Shown: piece after piece, positions 1 to 17,200 of the stretch
Layout: each line of letters begins with the position of its first letter
How positions within the stretch are numbered: the stretch's first letter is position 1
Source of the DNA: Macrostomum lignano
Taxonomy: Eukaryota
Length of the DNA stretch: 64,000 bases
Assembly: GCA_002269645.1 (NCBI GenBank)
Contig: NIVC01002281.1
Location: forward strand, 123,325 to 187,324
Reading direction: 5' to 3'
Notes under the pieces: generated by a model
Told to the model about the DNA's origin: nothing
Database searches by the model: none
The model's input: only the letters and a program-made list of their open reading frames with translations
Translations under genes and position numbers: made by a program

Positions 1-670
1 ACTTAGGAATCCTGCAGCGAATATGAGCATCTCCTATGATAATTGATGCTGGTTTCCTTTATCTTGCAAATAATATACGTATATAAAATTGGAGTCATCA
101 AATATTTCACTTGTTATTGAATTAATGAATAATTAATTAAACAACAAAATAAGGGTAGAAATAAATGAAAATAAATTCTTCTTCTTACATAATTTTAATA
201 CATAGATAGACAAAAGCATAAATTCCATTCTTTTGCAAACACTCAATAACAACAAATATGCATAATAGTCTAAACTATTAGACAATAAAAAACTATAAAT
301 ATGAAAAATAGTCAACAAAATGACTAATTCAGTTAAATTATTTGCAACTTAAATTAAGTTTTTTTTTGCAAATATGTGCCACCGCCATGGACGAAAGATG
401 ACTAATTGTTGTGCGTGAAAGATGACACGAATGTAAAGGTGACGGACAAAAAGTAGGTAATCTGGATAATGCCAAAAACTGCAGTCTAGAAAGTGAATTC
501 AACTTAAGAGGAAATTAAACGCCAATAAAAAGTAGCCTGAAATCGCAGGAAAAATATTTGAGTCTTCAATCTGATTTTTGTCAAGTCACCTCATCAATAA
601 ATTAAATTTGACTTAGAATTTGGGTTAACTGCTAACAGCGAGGTTAAGAAGCATCACAGAGTCACCAAAT

Positions 671-710
671 TTGGCCATAGACTATATCTTTGTCAATAGT
701 CTATGGCCAA
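671..710. repeat. Perfect 14-bp inverted repeat (TTGGCCATAGACTA / TAGTCTATGGCCAA) with a 12-nt loop
   Basis: Read directly; it lies just downstream of the PI4K2 stop codon. Confidence 0.85.
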
Positions 711-898
711 AAGGTATATCTTGTTAATAATGAAGTAGTCTATGTCTAAAAGACACAGGGTGTACGGCGGCCCTGACTTTCTAATTGTCGAATTTTCGAA
801 TTGCACAAGGGGTTGTATAACCAGACAGATTTGATCACACAGCAAATCAGAAGTCCATGGCTACTACTATATTGTTATAACCCCAACATATTTGAATT

Positions 899-4230
<3,332 letters not shown>

Positions 4231-4976
4231 GTTTATTGCTTGAGCAGGTCAAGTACTGGAAAGATCAGCAGTGTTTTATAAATTAATTTTGCTAACAATG
4301 CTTCGAATAACATAATTGAATGTTTACCAAACTTAGCATGGAGATATGGATACAGTTTACAGCTCGAAGGTCTAAGTATTTCCTACTAAGCTATGGCAGC
4401 AAGAATTGTAAAATTGTTGTCAAACCTAAACATAAACAGAAAACTAAAAATAGTTAAGCCAATATTGGCAGGAATGACTGCAATAACAGTTCCTGAATGA
4501 AAAGAGGCACACGAATCTAAAGAGAGAGTAGATTATGTACTGAGTATGTTAGCTTTCGTACTCTTAACTATGCATGGAATTGTGAACAAATAAGTTTGGT
4601 TTTCAAGCTACTGCCAAAAAACTACTATATATTAACTTTAGTCTAATGAAGGGCCCATTAGTAGTTTTTGGCATTGTAAAATTTTGGACATAAAAATAAC
4701 TATCTGTATCCATATCCATAGATAAATAAAGTCCCATAATTTCTCATAAATGTTAACAATGCAAAATACAATGGCAACAAGTCTTCATAATGCTGTTACC
4801 ACTATAATATTGTAATGAAATAAGGAATTACAACAAAATAGTTCAATCTATCATTCACTTAAAGGTTTCATTTATTGTACAAAAAGAGTAGTTAGGGCTG
4901 CATTCATCTTAACTTTAGACCTTACTATCCCAATACTACTTAGGCTAATACTACTAGATATGCATATTGTCTAGAT

Positions 4977-5150
4977 CAGTGGTTTTCAACCTGTGGGTTG
5001 CATGACCATTTTCTAGGGGTTGCAGCACTAAGAAATAATAAACAAAAAACTTAATGATGCATTATATTGATTATAAAAGGGGTTGCAAGCATTAAAAAAA
5101 TATGCAAGTGAATAAATTAATGCTGCCTGAAAAAAGGTTAAGAACTGCTA
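4977..5150. mobile_element. hAT (Charlie/Buster-type) MITE, 174 bp
   Basis: Imperfect TIRs CAGTGGTTTTCAACCT / AGGTTAAGAACTGCTA (11/16 match) and a perfect 8-bp TSD GTCTAGAT at 4969-4976 and 5151-5158. Confidence 0.85.
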
Positions 5151-7335
5151 GTCTAGATAGGATAATGGAAGCTAAAGTTTATTTTCAATTTTAAAAGAAG
5201 CAAGGGAAGCTCTTAAGTCTTTAGCAAGAGATTTTCTATACTATATGCACATTTTGTGGTTAGGATAATAAGGTTTAAAGTTAAGTTGAAAATCCCTATC
5301 ACTATAGTTCCTAGCCTTAAGAACTTGAGAGTTCCTTTACAATAGCTTTGAAAAAGGCAACATTCATTTCTACTATTCTACCCATCTTGTACCTATTAAA
5401 GTAAGGGCTCTAATGATATTTTTAAGTCTAAGTCATATTAAGTAGCCAATACTACTAGATATAAGAATTAGATATGAGAAATATGCATTTTTATAACTAA
5501 ATCAATATTTATATTGTTTAAAAACTTATGTATCTATATCTAGACATAGTTCTAGCTAATACTAGTCTAATAGTATCCTTTAATACTAATATATACATAT
5601 ACATCTTTATGATTTATAATTGATAATTTATGCAACTAGTTATATATTGTTTATTTATATATATATAATGTAAAAATATTTTTTCTTTTCAGTTTATAGA
5701 GTCATCTAAACAATTTATGATTTAGAAAATAATAAATAATAAGAAAAAAACTGACACTAGTGACTAGAAGTAATATAAAGTAAGAAGCAACTTATATGTT
5801 TGGTTAAATAGAAACTTCTTACAGTTTCCAAAGTTGAGTTTATAGAAGTATCTGGAAGCTTCTAGAAGGTTTTATGTTCAGGGGTAGGCCTATATAAAGG
5901 CCATTGACTGATGCAGAGCAACCCAAACTGAAGTTTCAGCTATAGTGCTATAACACTATGTTACATGTCACTATCCAAGCCCTAAATCCAGCTCTGTCTT
6001 CTTTATGACTTTAAAGTGGGTCTCAACACTGCTGAATCGAGTTGCATGGCGCACAACAAAGGCTTAGCAGAAATTTTTAACATGCAGTAGTACCAGAAAA
6101 ATTTAGCTCACAATGAGTTATTTAAATATATAATCTGCATATGTAGTGCATAAAATATGGTTTTAGATTACATTTTTTCCAAGTATATCAATTAAAAAAT
6201 TGTTTCTTGGTAAATAAAACAAAAGAAAAAAATCCAAAATAGGATTTTACTATAAAGTTTAAGCTGATTCTTTTGATAATTTTCTATACAAGCAAAAATA
6301 AAGCACAAAGTTTTGAGTTGAAAAAGCCTAAAAAGGTACAAAAATTTATCAGTTTTTTTTGTTTTAATTGGACTTTTACCAAGTTTTTTAGTACTACAGC
6401 GCATTAATACTCTAGCTTTGTATTTGTCAATAAATAAATATAGGCCTTGGCATACAAATTCATATTTTAGCTTTGCACACAGTGTATACTCAAAAAATAT
6501 ACTGAAATATTCCTGCATACATGGGACACTTTCCCGAGTATGGGTTTTGATGTATAATAAAATATGAAAATTATTGTTACAACACAGGTTAAATACAATA
6601 TAACTTAAAATAATAAGAAAAATGGAAAGCTTGCATGCATGGCAGCTGTCCACTTAGTGCTTAAATTGTGTGCACAGTAGCTGCATCTTTAATTTATCTT
6701 ATAGGCCTTAGTATATCATATTGTTCCAATTATTAGAAATTATTATATGCATTAATAAAAATATTATACATAGAATAAACAAGTAATAAATTATTTAAAA
6801 AGTTCTGTGAATAGCAATTTGTAGATTTAAGGGAAAGGGTACTATTTGGTATTCATTATATTGCCTCTCTTGGCTGCTATGCATGCAATTAAAATACTAG
6901 ATGGACAGCTACCATATATGCAATTTAAACACTATATAAATAGCTAGCTACCATGCATGCAATTTAAACACTAGGACTTTGTGAATGGCTGCCATGTACA
7001 ATGTAGTATGCAATGCAAGCAGTAAGCTTTCCATAAGAAAAATTATAATATTTACAATGCCTACAATTCTAAAAATCATTTTCTAATGTTGTAAGCCAAC
7101 TTTTTGCTATTGCAAGGCCTAAAATCTAGGCCTAGCTAATTTAGGTTGTTTCAGCCGTAATAGGTTCAGCTTCATACTTAAATTTGCACCAATACCAAGG
7201 ATTTGAATCAATGATTTGTTTGATAAAGATGTGGCAAAGTTTACCCCACCCTGTGAGTTATCTATGGCCCAAACCCAAAAGGGTTGGTGTCTAATAATTT
7301 GCAAACGAAATAGCACTAGTGCCGCCTAAAATCCA

Positions 7336-7337
<2 letters not shown>

Positions 7338-7387
<50 letters not shown>

Positions 7388-7395
7388 CATCTATT
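7338..7395. repeat. (CTAT)n microsatellite
   Basis: Read directly. Confidence 0.95.
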
Positions 7396-9225
7396 TATAG
7401 GCCTATCTATAATCTATATTGCTTTTGCTTTTTAACTAAGACTATGGTGACTATATATGAACCAAATACTAAGCCCTATGCACATATTTTAGTGAAGTTT
7501 TAACTCTGTATTTTATAGGGCTAGGCATAAACTAAAAAATTCACATGGTCCCAAAAGTATAAAAATTGACTTATGAATTTAATTGCAGAATTTTAGCAAA
7601 CTATTTATGATCCTGCTGGACCCCGACAAGAAAAGTCCAGGAATTCATCGACGTCCTTATATAGGACCGATTTACAAATTACATATCAGCAGGACTTAAT
7701 TTTAAGGAAATTAAGCAAATTTTTCCAGGCTAATGTATCGAACATCAATCATTAAGGCAAGCCGACTTGGAGTGGATTTCTATGAAAAACACTCGGTTAT
7801 TATAACAAAAGTAAATAACTTTTCGTCAAGTTCGATAAGTTTTGTATTACAAAAAGGGTATATGAAGGTAGTAGCAAAGAATACTGTTCAAGCAGTCCAG
7901 AAATTTTATCGAACCACGACGACTCAATTATTGGCTTTGGATTTTTCCGCACTGATTATTTAGCGATGGTATATATGTATCTCGGCTTATGGTACTTAAA
8001 GTAGTTATCAAATATTTCGTTTTATTTGAAACTTCCGTGTGACCATATTTTAATTACTGACCTATTATACTCATATTTCTAAGTTTATTTCAATTTTGCT
8101 ATCAATTTTCTCTTAAACACGTCCCAGAATTTGACGTCAATCGTCAGCTTAAGTGTGTTCGGGATCCAATCCAATTGGAAGTTTTAGTCAAATAATAAAC
8201 ATACCTGCTCGTTTTAAGTGTTAATAAGTATTGCAGTACTAGATAAATTAACATGGCATAGCCAGTATCAAACTTTTTACTCCGGGGGGGGGTTGAATCG
8301 GCCTGTTGCCGGATTGACTGGATTGGCCAACTGTTGGCCATCAAGGGGTTGGAAGATTCCCCCTAAATAACTAATTGTAAGGTTGGAGTATTTTTTTGTA
8401 AAAAATAAACAAGACGGTCAGGTTGGTAAGAAATTTTACCAAATCAATAAATTTACCTGGTTGTCAAATAGTTTTTAAAATGGAGGTTCGTGAAAGAGGA
8501 ATTTTTATTACTCGCATTTGTTCGATATTTATGCCGAGTGAAAAATTATTAATCTTATATCGTAAAGATTAAAAAATCACATAAACAGTAGCTATGTACA
8601 ATACTTGAGAGCAAAACCTGTTACCTGACGCCGGGAATTACATTTCCTAGCACAAATTTAGCAGCAATTAATAGTTTTAAAAAGGTGGAAAAACAGCAAA
8701 AGAAATAAATATTACTCGTACTTGATTTCAGTGGCCATAACAATGCTTAGGAAAGGCATCGAGTAGATGATATGAGCCGCTAGAGAGCATTAAGGCTGTC
8801 GGTAGTTAGCTTACAAAATAAATTAATTTGGTAAGCACTACAATAAATTTCGACGCTATATACACGACAGGAATCAGACAGTTGATGCGCATCGGCAAGC
8901 ACAGAAGCCTATTAAAAACTTACACGCGAAATTTGATAAATTTACGATAAGCAAAGGGACTCAACTGCAATAAAAAGCTCGCCATTCAAGAACGACATAA
9001 AAAGCATAAAAAAGAAAGCGTCGTTCGCATAGCAGACACAGGCAATATGAGACGAAAAATCTGTACCGGAAAATTAGTACACCTCAGTAACGATCATAAG
9101 AAGATAATCTTTAATTAAGTAAATCCATTCTTTATTTAACTGCGATGCAAGTGTGAATTGTTTCCTAGAAAACCCTGAAGGCAACCATTTCCTATATAGA
9201 ATACAAGTCAGCTTTCGCTCCCAAA

Positions 9226-9982
9226 GTGTCTGCTAGTGTTCAGTGTCTGCTAGTGTTCAGTGTCTGCTAGTGTTCAGTGTCTGCTAATGTTCAGTGTCTG
9301 CTAGTGTTCAGTGTCTGCTAGTGTTCAGTGTCTGCTAGTGTTCAGTGTCTGCTAGTGTTCAGTGTCTGCTAATGTTCAGTGTCTGCTAGTGTTCAGTGTC
9401 TGCTAGTGTTCAGTGTCTGCTAGTGTTCAGTGTCTGCTAGCGATCAGTGTCTGCTAGTGTTCAGTGTCTGCTAGTGTTCAGTGTCTGCTAGTGTTCAGTG
9501 TCTGCTAATGTTCAGTGTCTGCTAGTGTTCAGTATCTGCTAGTGTTCAGTGTCTGCTAATGTTCAGTGTCTGCTAGTGTTCAGTGTCTGCTAATGTTCAG
9601 TGTCTGCTAGTGTTCAGTGTCTGCTAATGTTCAGTGTCTGCTAGTGTTCAGTGTCTGCTAGTGTTCAGTGTCTGCTAATGTTCAGTATCTGCTAGTGTTC
9701 AGTGTCTGCTAATGTTCAGTGTCTGCTAGTGTTCAGTGTCTGCTAGTGTTCAGTGTCTGCTAATGTTCAGTGTCTGCTAGTGTTCAGTGTCTGCTAGTGT
9801 TCAGTGTCTGCTAGTGTTCAGTGTCTGCTAGTGTTCAGTGTCTGCTAATGTTCAGTGTCTGCTAGTGTTCAGTGTCTGCTAGCGATCAGTGTCTGCTGGT
9901 GTTCAGTGTCTGCTAGTTTTCAGTGTCTGCTAGTGTTCAGTGTCTGCTAGTGTTCAGTGTCTGCTAGTGTTCAGTGTCTGCT
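9226..9982. repeat. 17-bp minisatellite (GTGTCTGCTAGTGTTCA), ~44 copies, intergenic
   Basis: Direct periodicity with few variants (CTAAT, CGATC). Confidence 0.97.
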
Positions 9983-10789
9983 CTAAAAGTGTCTGTTACC
10001 GAAGTGTCTGGCACACGCAATAGCAAGCTTAAAACGACTAAGCTATCCGCGCAACAAAAAAAGTCCCAAAGTTTAAGCTGGACGCTACAGAGAACAAATT
10101 TACATGTACATAGCAAATTTGCTATCTAAGAGAGTCACGCAATACGCTTTTGAAAAGAAATAGAAAATATGCACTATATATACTACTATACTAGATAGAC
10201 GAAAAGGCTAAGTTGCGCATATAAAGTCTGAAAAAATAATATTAGAAACTGTTTCGCTTAAATTTAGCGTATTACTTGTAATAACATCTATCGCAGTGCA
10301 TATAGTTGTAGTTGAAACAAAGTTGTAAAAGGGATAAAAAACTTGAAAAACAAGTACAAAGAGAATATTAAAATGTCGCTGTGAATGGTGTTTTGTTTAA
10401 ATAATAATATTAATAATAAATTGCATTGCGAGGGTGACGAATAAAAAACACACAGATCTAAAATATCATAGATTTGAGTATAGAAGCAATTACTAAGCGA
10501 GAAAGATGCGCTCAAATTGATTAAGTAGCACCGGCTATAAAAAATCAAACCCACAGATTTTTCAACTAATCCTGTTCATCAACGCATCACCAGAATTGTT
10601 CAGACTTTAAGGAAGACCTGACATGTAGCTGAAAAAATTGTTGCTGAAACTCGTAAGCAGGTGTGATTTGTTTCACTGGGGACCCACTGGCAGTAAAATT
10701 AACATAGGGCCCATGAAAAATCTAGAAGGGGTCACATGCGTGTCAGCTGACCTTAATGAAGAGAAAATGAAATCTACGTCTTCAAACCA

Positions 10790-11195
10790 GCTAATAGAAT
10801 TCGTATGGGGGGGGGGGTAAATCAGGTTGAAGCGCAGCCGGACAGCTGATGTCTATGGCCAAAACCAGCTGATAGAATTCGTACAGAGGAAGGGGTTAAA
10901 TCAGGTTGAAGCGCAGTCCTTCAGCTCAGGATGTCTATGGCCAAAACCAGGTGATAGAATTCGTACAGAGGAAGGGGTTAAATCAGGTTGAAGCGCAGTC
11001 CTCCAGCTCAGGATGTCTATGGCCAAAACCAGATGATATAATTCGTACAGGGGAATGGGTTAAAGCAGGTTGAAGCGCAGTCCGTCAGCTGAGGATGTCT
11101 ATGGCCAAAAAAGCTAATAGAACTCGATCAGGGGGGGGGGGTGGGCAATGCAGGTTGAAGCGCGGCGCCGGTCAGCTGAGGATGTCTATGGCCAA
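10790..11195. repeat. ~82-bp tandem repeat, ~5 copies, downstream of the DUF389 gene stop
   Basis: GTCTATGGCC recurs at 10851, 10933, 11015, 11097 and 11184. Confidence 0.9.
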
Positions 11196-11275
11196 TTAGT
11201 TAGGTTATTTTTTAGAACACAAATTCACTTTTTAAGCACTTAGCTAAGCTAAACTGATCATTCCTGTCGATAAAT

Positions 11276-14200
11276 TTAAACCGCAGAGGTGGTCGGCTTC
11301 ACCGAAAATCGGCCGTGCTTTTTACCCGTAGGCGACGCCGGATCAACCAGATCTAGCGAAATTGAAGCGCCGCTCGAGGAAGCTCCGCTAGGTTCTTGCT
11401 GCAGTTGGAACGGGCGCAGCTTAGCTGAAGGCGCCGAATTAGCAGCGGCGCCGCGAGCCTCGACGCTGGCCAGATTGCGCCGCTGCCGTACGCTGAGTGT
11501 CCGAGCAAAACGCTTTGCACTGGAGGGATCCACGGCTAGCGGGTCGGCATTGCTATTGGCGCAGATGGTCCGATAATTTGTGTCAGACATCACGCCGCCA
11601 AGTGTTTCGGTGAACTTTTCTACGATGTTTTCGCCGCTAATAACTTTACGAAATGCGGCGTACTCCGACTGTAGTTGGGTGCGCGAATCGCCGTGCAGGC
11701 AGTCGTCATTCTCGCGGGCGAAGCGAATGTCGTGGCTGAAAAATTCGCGATTTGCGTCGCTTCGCTCCGTCCTGTCAGGGGCGACCTCCTTCAGGGCTAG
11801 CCAGAAGTAGCTGCACAGCACGATCAGGATGATGTTCAGCAGGCACAGGACCATACTCTGGGCGCTCATGATCAGCAATTCGGAGGTGACACTGCACACG
11901 TACACTGGCGCAAACTCGAACTGGCTGCGGAAGGGGGGAGGGGCTCTGGTGCTGTTGGGGAAAAAACTGACAGCTGAATGGGTAAGGAATGCAGCTTTGA
12001 TCGATTGATCGATTGATTGGATGGATTCCTTATTAGTATCCCCTCCGATCCTTAAGTGCCCGCCTGACCTTCCAATTATTCAGTGCCCCTGACCCTCCGA
12101 TCCTTCAGTGGCCGCCTAAACCTCAGATCCTTCAGTGCCCGCCTGATCCTCCGATCCTTCAGTGCCCGCCTGATCCTCCGATCCTTCAGTGCCCGCCTGA
12201 TCCTCCGATCCTTCAGTGCCCGCCTGATCCTCCGATCCTTCAGTGCCCGCCTGATCCTCCGGTCCTTCAGTGCCCGCCTAAACCTCCGATCCTTCAGTGC
12301 CCGCCTCACCCTCCGACCCTTCAGTGCCCGCCTAAACCTCCGATCCTTCAGTGCCCGCCTAAACCTCCGATCCTTCAGTGCCCGCCTAAAACTTCGATCC
12401 TTCAATGCCAGCCTGACCCTCCGATCATTCAGTGCCCGCCTCACCCTCCGACCCTTCAGTGCCCGCCTAATTAAAACCCCAGATCCTTCAGTGCCCGCCT
12501 AACTACAACCCCAGATCCTTCAGTGCCCGCCTAACTAAAACCCCAGATTCTTCAGTGCCCGCCTAACTAAAACCCCAGATCCTTCAGTGCCGGCCTAACT
12601 ACAACCTCAGATCAGATCCTTCAGTGCCCGCCTAATTAAAACCCCAGATCCTTCAGTGCCCGCCTAACTAAAACCCCAGATCCTTCAGTGCCGGCCTAAC
12701 TAAAACCCCAGATCCTTCAGTGCCCGCCTAACTACAACCCCAGATCCTTCAGTGCCCGCCTAACTACAACCCCAGATCCTTCAGTGCCGGCCTAACTAAA
12801 ACCCCAGATCCTTCAGTGCCCGCCTAACTACAACCCCAGATCCTTCAGTGCCCGCCTAACTACAACCCCAGATCCTTCAGTGCCCGCCTAACCCTCCGAA
12901 CTCTCCTCAGTGCCCCAGCGGCTCACTCAAAGTGCCGATAGACACAGTCGGGCGGATTAAGCGAGCCAGCAGACGTGGCATTCGCAGCGGCCGCAGCTGC
13001 GGGACTAACAAGAGTCGGCGGCCGGAAGGCGGCCATCAGACAGTAGGCCAGCAGCATGCCGGAGTTGACAACGGGCGGCAGCAGGCTGGCCGAGATGGCC
13101 ACGCCGACATTGGCGGAATGGTCGCCCTGCAGCACGGAGACGGAGACGCCATAGGCCGAAGCCGAGGCCACGATAATGCCGAACAAGAGGCTGGCGTGCT
13201 GGCCCCTGTCAGTCATCTCTTGAGTTGGAAAAGCTTTAACGCCTAGCAACAACAGGGGTCCGATAAGCACGAATAGCATGACGAACCCGGTTAGAAAGAT
13301 GATGCCTGTGGCTAGCAGTGTGTTGTAGGCGCACCTTAGCACGGCTTTGACGCGGCCAAGACGCCAACTGAAGGTCAGCGCCAGAATTGGACCCATGTAA
13401 GGCGACAGGAGCATGCTGGCTACCTGGATGGGGGTTTAATGAAGCATTGTCTAAGTTGTTCGCTGCGAGGCTTTGAATTTTCTATTAGATTGGCGTTGAA
13501 ATTTTAGTCAGTTGACTAGCAATCAGCGCCCCAGTTGGGGAGGCAACAAAGAATAGAATATATATTTTTGAATAAACTAAATGTAGCTTCTGACCGCACA
13601 GCCTTGACAGCTAAGCTTTGACACCTCAGCAACTCCCCAGTCAGCTTTGACATCTCAGCAACTCCCCAGTCAGCTTTGACATCTCAGCAACTCCCCAGTC
13701 AGCTTTGACATCTCAGCAACTCCCCAGTCAGCTTTGACATCTCAGCAACTCCCCAGTCAGCTTTGACATCTCAGCAACTCCCCAGTCAGCTTTGACATCT
13801 CAGCAACTCCCCAGTCAGCTTTGACATCTCAGCAACTCCCCAGTCAGCTTTGACATCTCAGCAACTCCCCAGTCAGCTTTGACATCTCAGCAACTCCCCA
13901 GTCAGCTTTGACATCTCAGCAACTCCCCAGTCAGCTTTGACATCTCAGCAACTCCCCAGTCAGCTTTGACATCTCAGCAACTCCCCAGTCAGCTTTGACA
14001 TCTCAGCAACTCCTCCCGTAAGCTTTGACATCTCAGCAACTCCTCTCGTAAGCTTTGACATCTCAGCAACTCCTCTCGTAAGCTTTGACATCTCAGCAAC
14101 TCCTCTCGTAAGCTTTGACATCTCAGCAACTCATCCCCCATAAGCTGTGTCTTCTCAGGAAATTTAGTTTCTTGATTTTAGCCCTCACTCAATTCAATTC

Positions 14201-17200
14201 AATACTATTGATAGTACGGATTTTTTTCCCAGATAAATCCCATGCGGTTCTAGATCCTAGCAATTCTCATCTGAAAATCGGAAAAGCTCCGATTTGATAA
14301 TATTTGATATAGATCCCAAAAAATCCCATTCGATTCCAGATCTCAAAAACCATATTTTGATATACTCAATAAGCATGAATAAATTTGACGATGCACTGAC
14401 CGAATAAACTTCAGCAATATAATTATTAATTATAATATACATCTATAATATCAATCAGTTGAAAATTTTCTTAGTCAGAAAAGATCGAGAAAAAAGTACG
14501 AGTAGAAAAAATATCTTTTGTTCGAATGCTCCGCTTTAAAGACAAAGACAATTTAAACAAAGAATTATAAAGGCGCTCTCCTGACGAGCTTAAATACTAG
14601 GAGACTAACGATAAATACCTTCATGCTTTTAAAGCATAGCAGCAGGAACAGATAGCTTTAGCAAAAGATAATCGTTTATGAGCATTTTGTAAGCATTGAC
14701 CAGCCGAACCTTTAGCATCAGCCAGCAGGAAGTAGTATGATGCGCTAAAATATTTACGACTCTGGGGCCGTACATTCGTATCTGAGGCTTGCAATAGAAT
14801 TGCTGTAGAATCACTGAGTTGCATCTAGAGCGCATCTTAAACAACTCTATTTAGACTACTTGAGTTAGTAGTAAGTTAAGCTTTAACAAGACTTCTCCGT
14901 GCCTCTTACGTTTTCAACGGGCAGTATGGGGTTTATAAAAGCACCCCACGACATAGATTAAGGTTAAAAAAACAAAACTCGAAATGCAAATCTGATCTGT
15001 GATATTTTTTACAACACGCAGTAAAATGAGACAGGAAAATGTGAACTTTCCGATTGGTGAAATTGGCTGAAATCATAAAATCAGCTTTGAGCTATCCAGC
15101 ATGCAGATTGCAGTGCATTAATATTAATTAATATACTCAAAATAACAACAACAAATAAGAAAACAACCGCAGGCTACTCAGCCATTTAAACTGAGCCTAA
15201 GAAGGGACGAGACGGTCTTACATGTACACAGCGCAGGCTTGCATCATCCTTTTGTTACTCGTTTCGTTCCTACTAGAAGATTCGTTCCTATTGCCAACTG
15301 TAGAGCTTTAAAAGAGGTTGCAAAAACAGAAAAACATGGTATATTAATTGTATTGGCGTTTTTCCTTTGCTTGCTTCTTATTCTTAACTATTGTAAGTCC
15401 CTAATAATAAATAATAATTGATTACACCTACCCAAAGGCAGATGTGCAACCGACAGCTCAGCCACAGCTATTGCGCGGCGCATCTGAAGGCTGCGTACGG
15501 CTGTTCAGTCTAGAGTCAAGGACCGGTCGCCACACCCACCCTCAATTACCTCAGCTAATGCTGGCACCCATTTTACAGCTGGGTGAACTGAACCAATGCA
15601 GAATTGAGTCTTGCTCATGGACACAAATTGTTCCGAGTGGGTCAAGAATCGAACCCCCGACTTTTCAGTCGTGATTCCGACGCTCTAACCACTAGGCTAC
15701 AACCCCCTGTTCAAGTCCCTGTAAGTCCATAAGACAACAATGACTATCTCCAGACAAAAATAAATATGAAAATACCTACTAAGCAATAACTATGTGATTT
15801 TTCTCATTTGAAAGTCAGCTAGGCATAGGTGTGTAATAAAGAATGGCACATAAATACAGTTAGCACATACATAATGTTTTACTCCCAGTCCCACTGAGCT
15901 ACAATAGATTCTACAAAGACCAGAAAGTATTTATAAGGCCGATCAATGTACAGTTTAATATAACAAACACAATTATACCGGAGGTGTGCAGTTAACTTTA
16001 AATAGGATGGAAAGGATGAAAACTAATTAAGCCACGCACACGGCAGGTTACCATGGCAACGCATTAACAATCGCAGCAATTAATTTAGTACTGACCGTCA
16101 TAACAGACGAATTTGTGGCCAAACCGACAGCCGCTATGATGGTAGCGCAGACCAGGAAGCAGACGAAATCGAATGTCCAACGGCCTTTGTCCATCACGCT
16201 GCGGTACACCTGGCTCACCATCAGGCGGGCGCGCATTGAGTCCATGAATGCCTGCGATGCATTTGATTGAGAGGGCATTCGGACTGAGAAATAGGGAATT
16301 AGGTCACAACTAGGGCATGTTGTGTGCCTGTAGGTCACAACTGGGGCATGTTGTGTGCCTGTAGGTCACAACTGGGGCATGTTGTGTGCCTGTAGGTCAC
16401 AACTGGGGCATGTTGTGTGCCTGTAGGTCACAACTGGGGCATGTTGTGTGCCTGTAGGTCACAACCGGGGCATGTGCCAGTGCCTGTAGGTCACAACTGG
16501 GCATGTGCCAGTGCCTGTAGGTCACAACTGGGGCATGTGCCAGTGCCTGTAGGTCACAACTGGGGCATGTGCCAGTGCCTGTAGGTCACAACTGGGGCAT
16601 GTGCCAGTGCCTGTAGGTCACAGCTGGGGCATGTGCCAGTGCCTGTAGGTCACAACTGGGGCATGTGCCAGTGCCTGTAGGTCACAACTGGGGCATGTGC
16701 CAGTGCCTGTAGGTCACAACTGGGGCATGTGCCAGTGCCTGTAGGTCACAACTGGGGCATGTGCCAGTGCCTGTATGTCACAACTGGGGCATGTGCCAGT
16801 GCCTGTAGGTCGCAACCGGGGCATGTGCCAGTGCCTGTAGGTCACAACTGGGGCATGTGCCAGTGCCTGTAGGTCGCAACCGGGGCATGTGCCAGTGCCT
16901 GTAGGTCACAACCGGGGCATGTGCCAGTGCCTGTAGGTCACAACCGGGGCATGTGCCAGTGCCTGTAGGTCACAACTGGGGCATGTGCCAGTGCCTGTAG
17001 GTCACAACCGGGGCATGTGCCAGTGCCTGTAGGTCACAACCGGGGCATGTGCCAGTGCCTGTAGGTCACAACTGGGGCATGTGCCAGTGCCTGTAGGTCG
17101 CAACCGGGGCATGTGCCAGTGCCTGTAGGTCACAACTGGGGCATGTGCCAGTGCCTGTAGGTCGCAACCGGGGCATGTGCCAGTGCCTGTAGGTCACAAC

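Noticed and set aside
6192-6653. 153-aa minus-strand ORF
   Set aside because: AT-rich sequence with F/I/K/L-biased composition, no motif, and unlike the GC-rich true exons.
12076-12502. RRALKD-repeat and antisense ORFs
   Set aside because: Translation of the 27-bp intronic minisatellite.
15630-15707. Functional tRNA gene
   Set aside because: A and B boxes are present, but the T-stem pairs poorly (GGGGG/CTTGA) and the sequence runs into a SINE-like body.
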